The notes under the pieces are model-generated. The model did no database searches, had not been told where the DNA came from, and worked only from the letters and a program-made list of their open reading frames with translations. This document shows positions 62,914-64,000 of a stretch of 64,000 nucleotides of DNA, piece after piece. Positions within the stretch are counted from its first letter, which is position 1. Each line of letters starts with the position of its first letter. The stretch is from Macrostomum hystrix. Lineage: Eukaryota > Animalia > Platyhelminthes. The position numbers were made by a program, and so were the translations under genes. Location: assembly GCA_950097015.1 (NCBI GenBank), contig CATNEN010000024.1:806001-870000 (forward strand), in the 5' to 3' direction.

Positions 62914-64000
62914 ATGGCAGCCACCAGTCTCAGCCCACCAGCGGATACCGACATAGAGTCCGCTCTTCGCCAACTGCCAGTTGCTTCGCCCGCTCCGGAC
63001 TCAAATGGCGCGGCCCGCTACGCCGAGTACGGTCTCCTCGTGTGTGCCGGCATCGTTGGCATTGTTGGCAACGTTGGTATACCACTAGTAATTCTGTCAG
63101 TGAAGCGTCTACGCAAGGCTGCCAACGCGTTCATGTTTCATCACTGCCTGCTAGACCTGATGAAGTCTCTGTACAGCCTCCTGTTTGCCAACAGCCTGCT
63201 GTACGGCCAGGAGCCCAGATTCTGCAGCCTTCTTGGCGGCTCTTTCATCGTGTGCGTCACTGGCACGGCGTTCAATATGCTGGCCATGATCATGAGCGAG
63301 GCCTACGTCTACGCTGACCTGAATGCTGGCTTGAAAGACAGCGGCAACTGCTGCTGCATCCTGTTCAGCATCAGTACCATCTGGTTCGCCAGCATCATAC
63401 TTAACCTAGGCGTGGCCTTCCTACCCGGAAATCCCAGCTACATTGAGAAAATCGGCCATTGCACCTTTCGCTACGGTGAGACCAGGAACTACGTCCTGCA
63501 CGCGCTTTGGATTGTCCTGGTGACGCTGGCCATCGGCCTGGCTGTCTTGTACCTACGAAAGCTCTACCAGGACATCACGGCTGGCCAGCTTGCAGACAGC
63601 CAGCTGTCCCGCACCGTACGCCAGTCATTGGAACGTCGAAGTGGCCACGAGCGTCCAGGCGATTGCGCCGACCCCGTTGCTGAGAGGGCCCTGCTCCGCC
63701 GGGTTCAGCGGTACGCCATGACCAAGCTGTACATGCTGCTCCTGCTCACGGCACTGTTTGTGCTGTTCTGGTACCCGCTGTTCGCTTTGACCCTGGCTGA
63801 TCCCGGCTACCTCGGACAGCCGGTGGCTTACCGCGCCTTGACCATGTTCGCTTGCTGCAACTCGGCCGTGAACCCCTTCGTGCTCGCCTGCCTGATTGGC
63901 GGTCGGGGCTGCTGCCGTTCCGAGATGCCGCGGCTAAGGCTTCGCCGAGTCGGATCTGCTGAAGCTGATGACGATGCAATGTCGGATGAAGTAGCAATGT
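62914..64000 (+). CDS. Orphan rhodopsin-class GPCR, intronless over the visible part and truncated by the window end (>=362 aa)
   Basis: My translation shows 7 hydrophobic segments: GIVGNV (TM1), FHHCLLDLMKSL (TM2), TM3/ECL2 Cys pair, LFWYP (TM6), NSAVNPF (TM7). It is missing from the ORF track because there is no stop codon in the window. Confidence 0.85.
   Translation, partial: MAATSLSPPADTDIESALRQLPVASPAPDSNGAARYAEYGLLVCAGIVGIVGNVGIPLVILSVKRLRKAANAFMFHHCLLDLMKSLYSLLFANSLLYGQEPRFCSLLGGSFIVCVTGTAFNMLAMIMSEAYVYADLNAGLKDSGNCCCILFSISTIWFASIILNLGVAFLPGNPSYIEKIGHCTFRYGETRNYVLHALWIVLVTLAIGLAVLYLRKLYQDITAGQLADSQLSRTVRQSLERRSGHERPGDCADPVAERALLRRVQRYAMTKLYMLLLLTALFVLFWYPLFALTLADPGYLGQPVAYRALTMFACCNSAVNPFVLACLIGGRGCCRSEMPRLRLRRVGSAEADDDAMSDEVAM

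Overview
Eukaryotic (invertebrate metazoan) genomic DNA. It has GT-AG introns, GC-rich exons and AT-rich, repeat-laden introns. The style suggests a free-living flatworm such as Macrostomum, but this is inference only. Eleven protein-coding genes could be reconstructed by hand: a Frizzled-5/8 CRD (two exons, -, rest not found in window), proteasome RPN2/PSMD1 (+, 5 exons), cytosolic HSP90 (+, 2 exons, with HSE cluster and TATA), then six co-directional minus-strand genes (a highly divergent Cys-loop ligand-gated channel subunit, NAA30, PARL rhomboid, NIPA-like Mg transporter, annexin, guanylate kinase), a GATAD1-like gene (+) and an orphan class-A GPCR (+, runs off the end). About 13% of the window is minisatellite arrays with a dozen unrelated units. 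These explain nearly all the long low-complexity ORFs in the track. Two tRNA-derived SINE families (one with a CORE-like domain), TTAA-flanked piggyBac-like non-autonomous elements, a hAT MITE and a Merlin transposase remnant are present. Most notable: two arrays can be traced to transposons within the window; a cluster of Pbx-Meis/Prep decamers lies upstream of the Fz5/8 exons; and the Cys-loop subunit has lost its agonist-binding and pore consensus.
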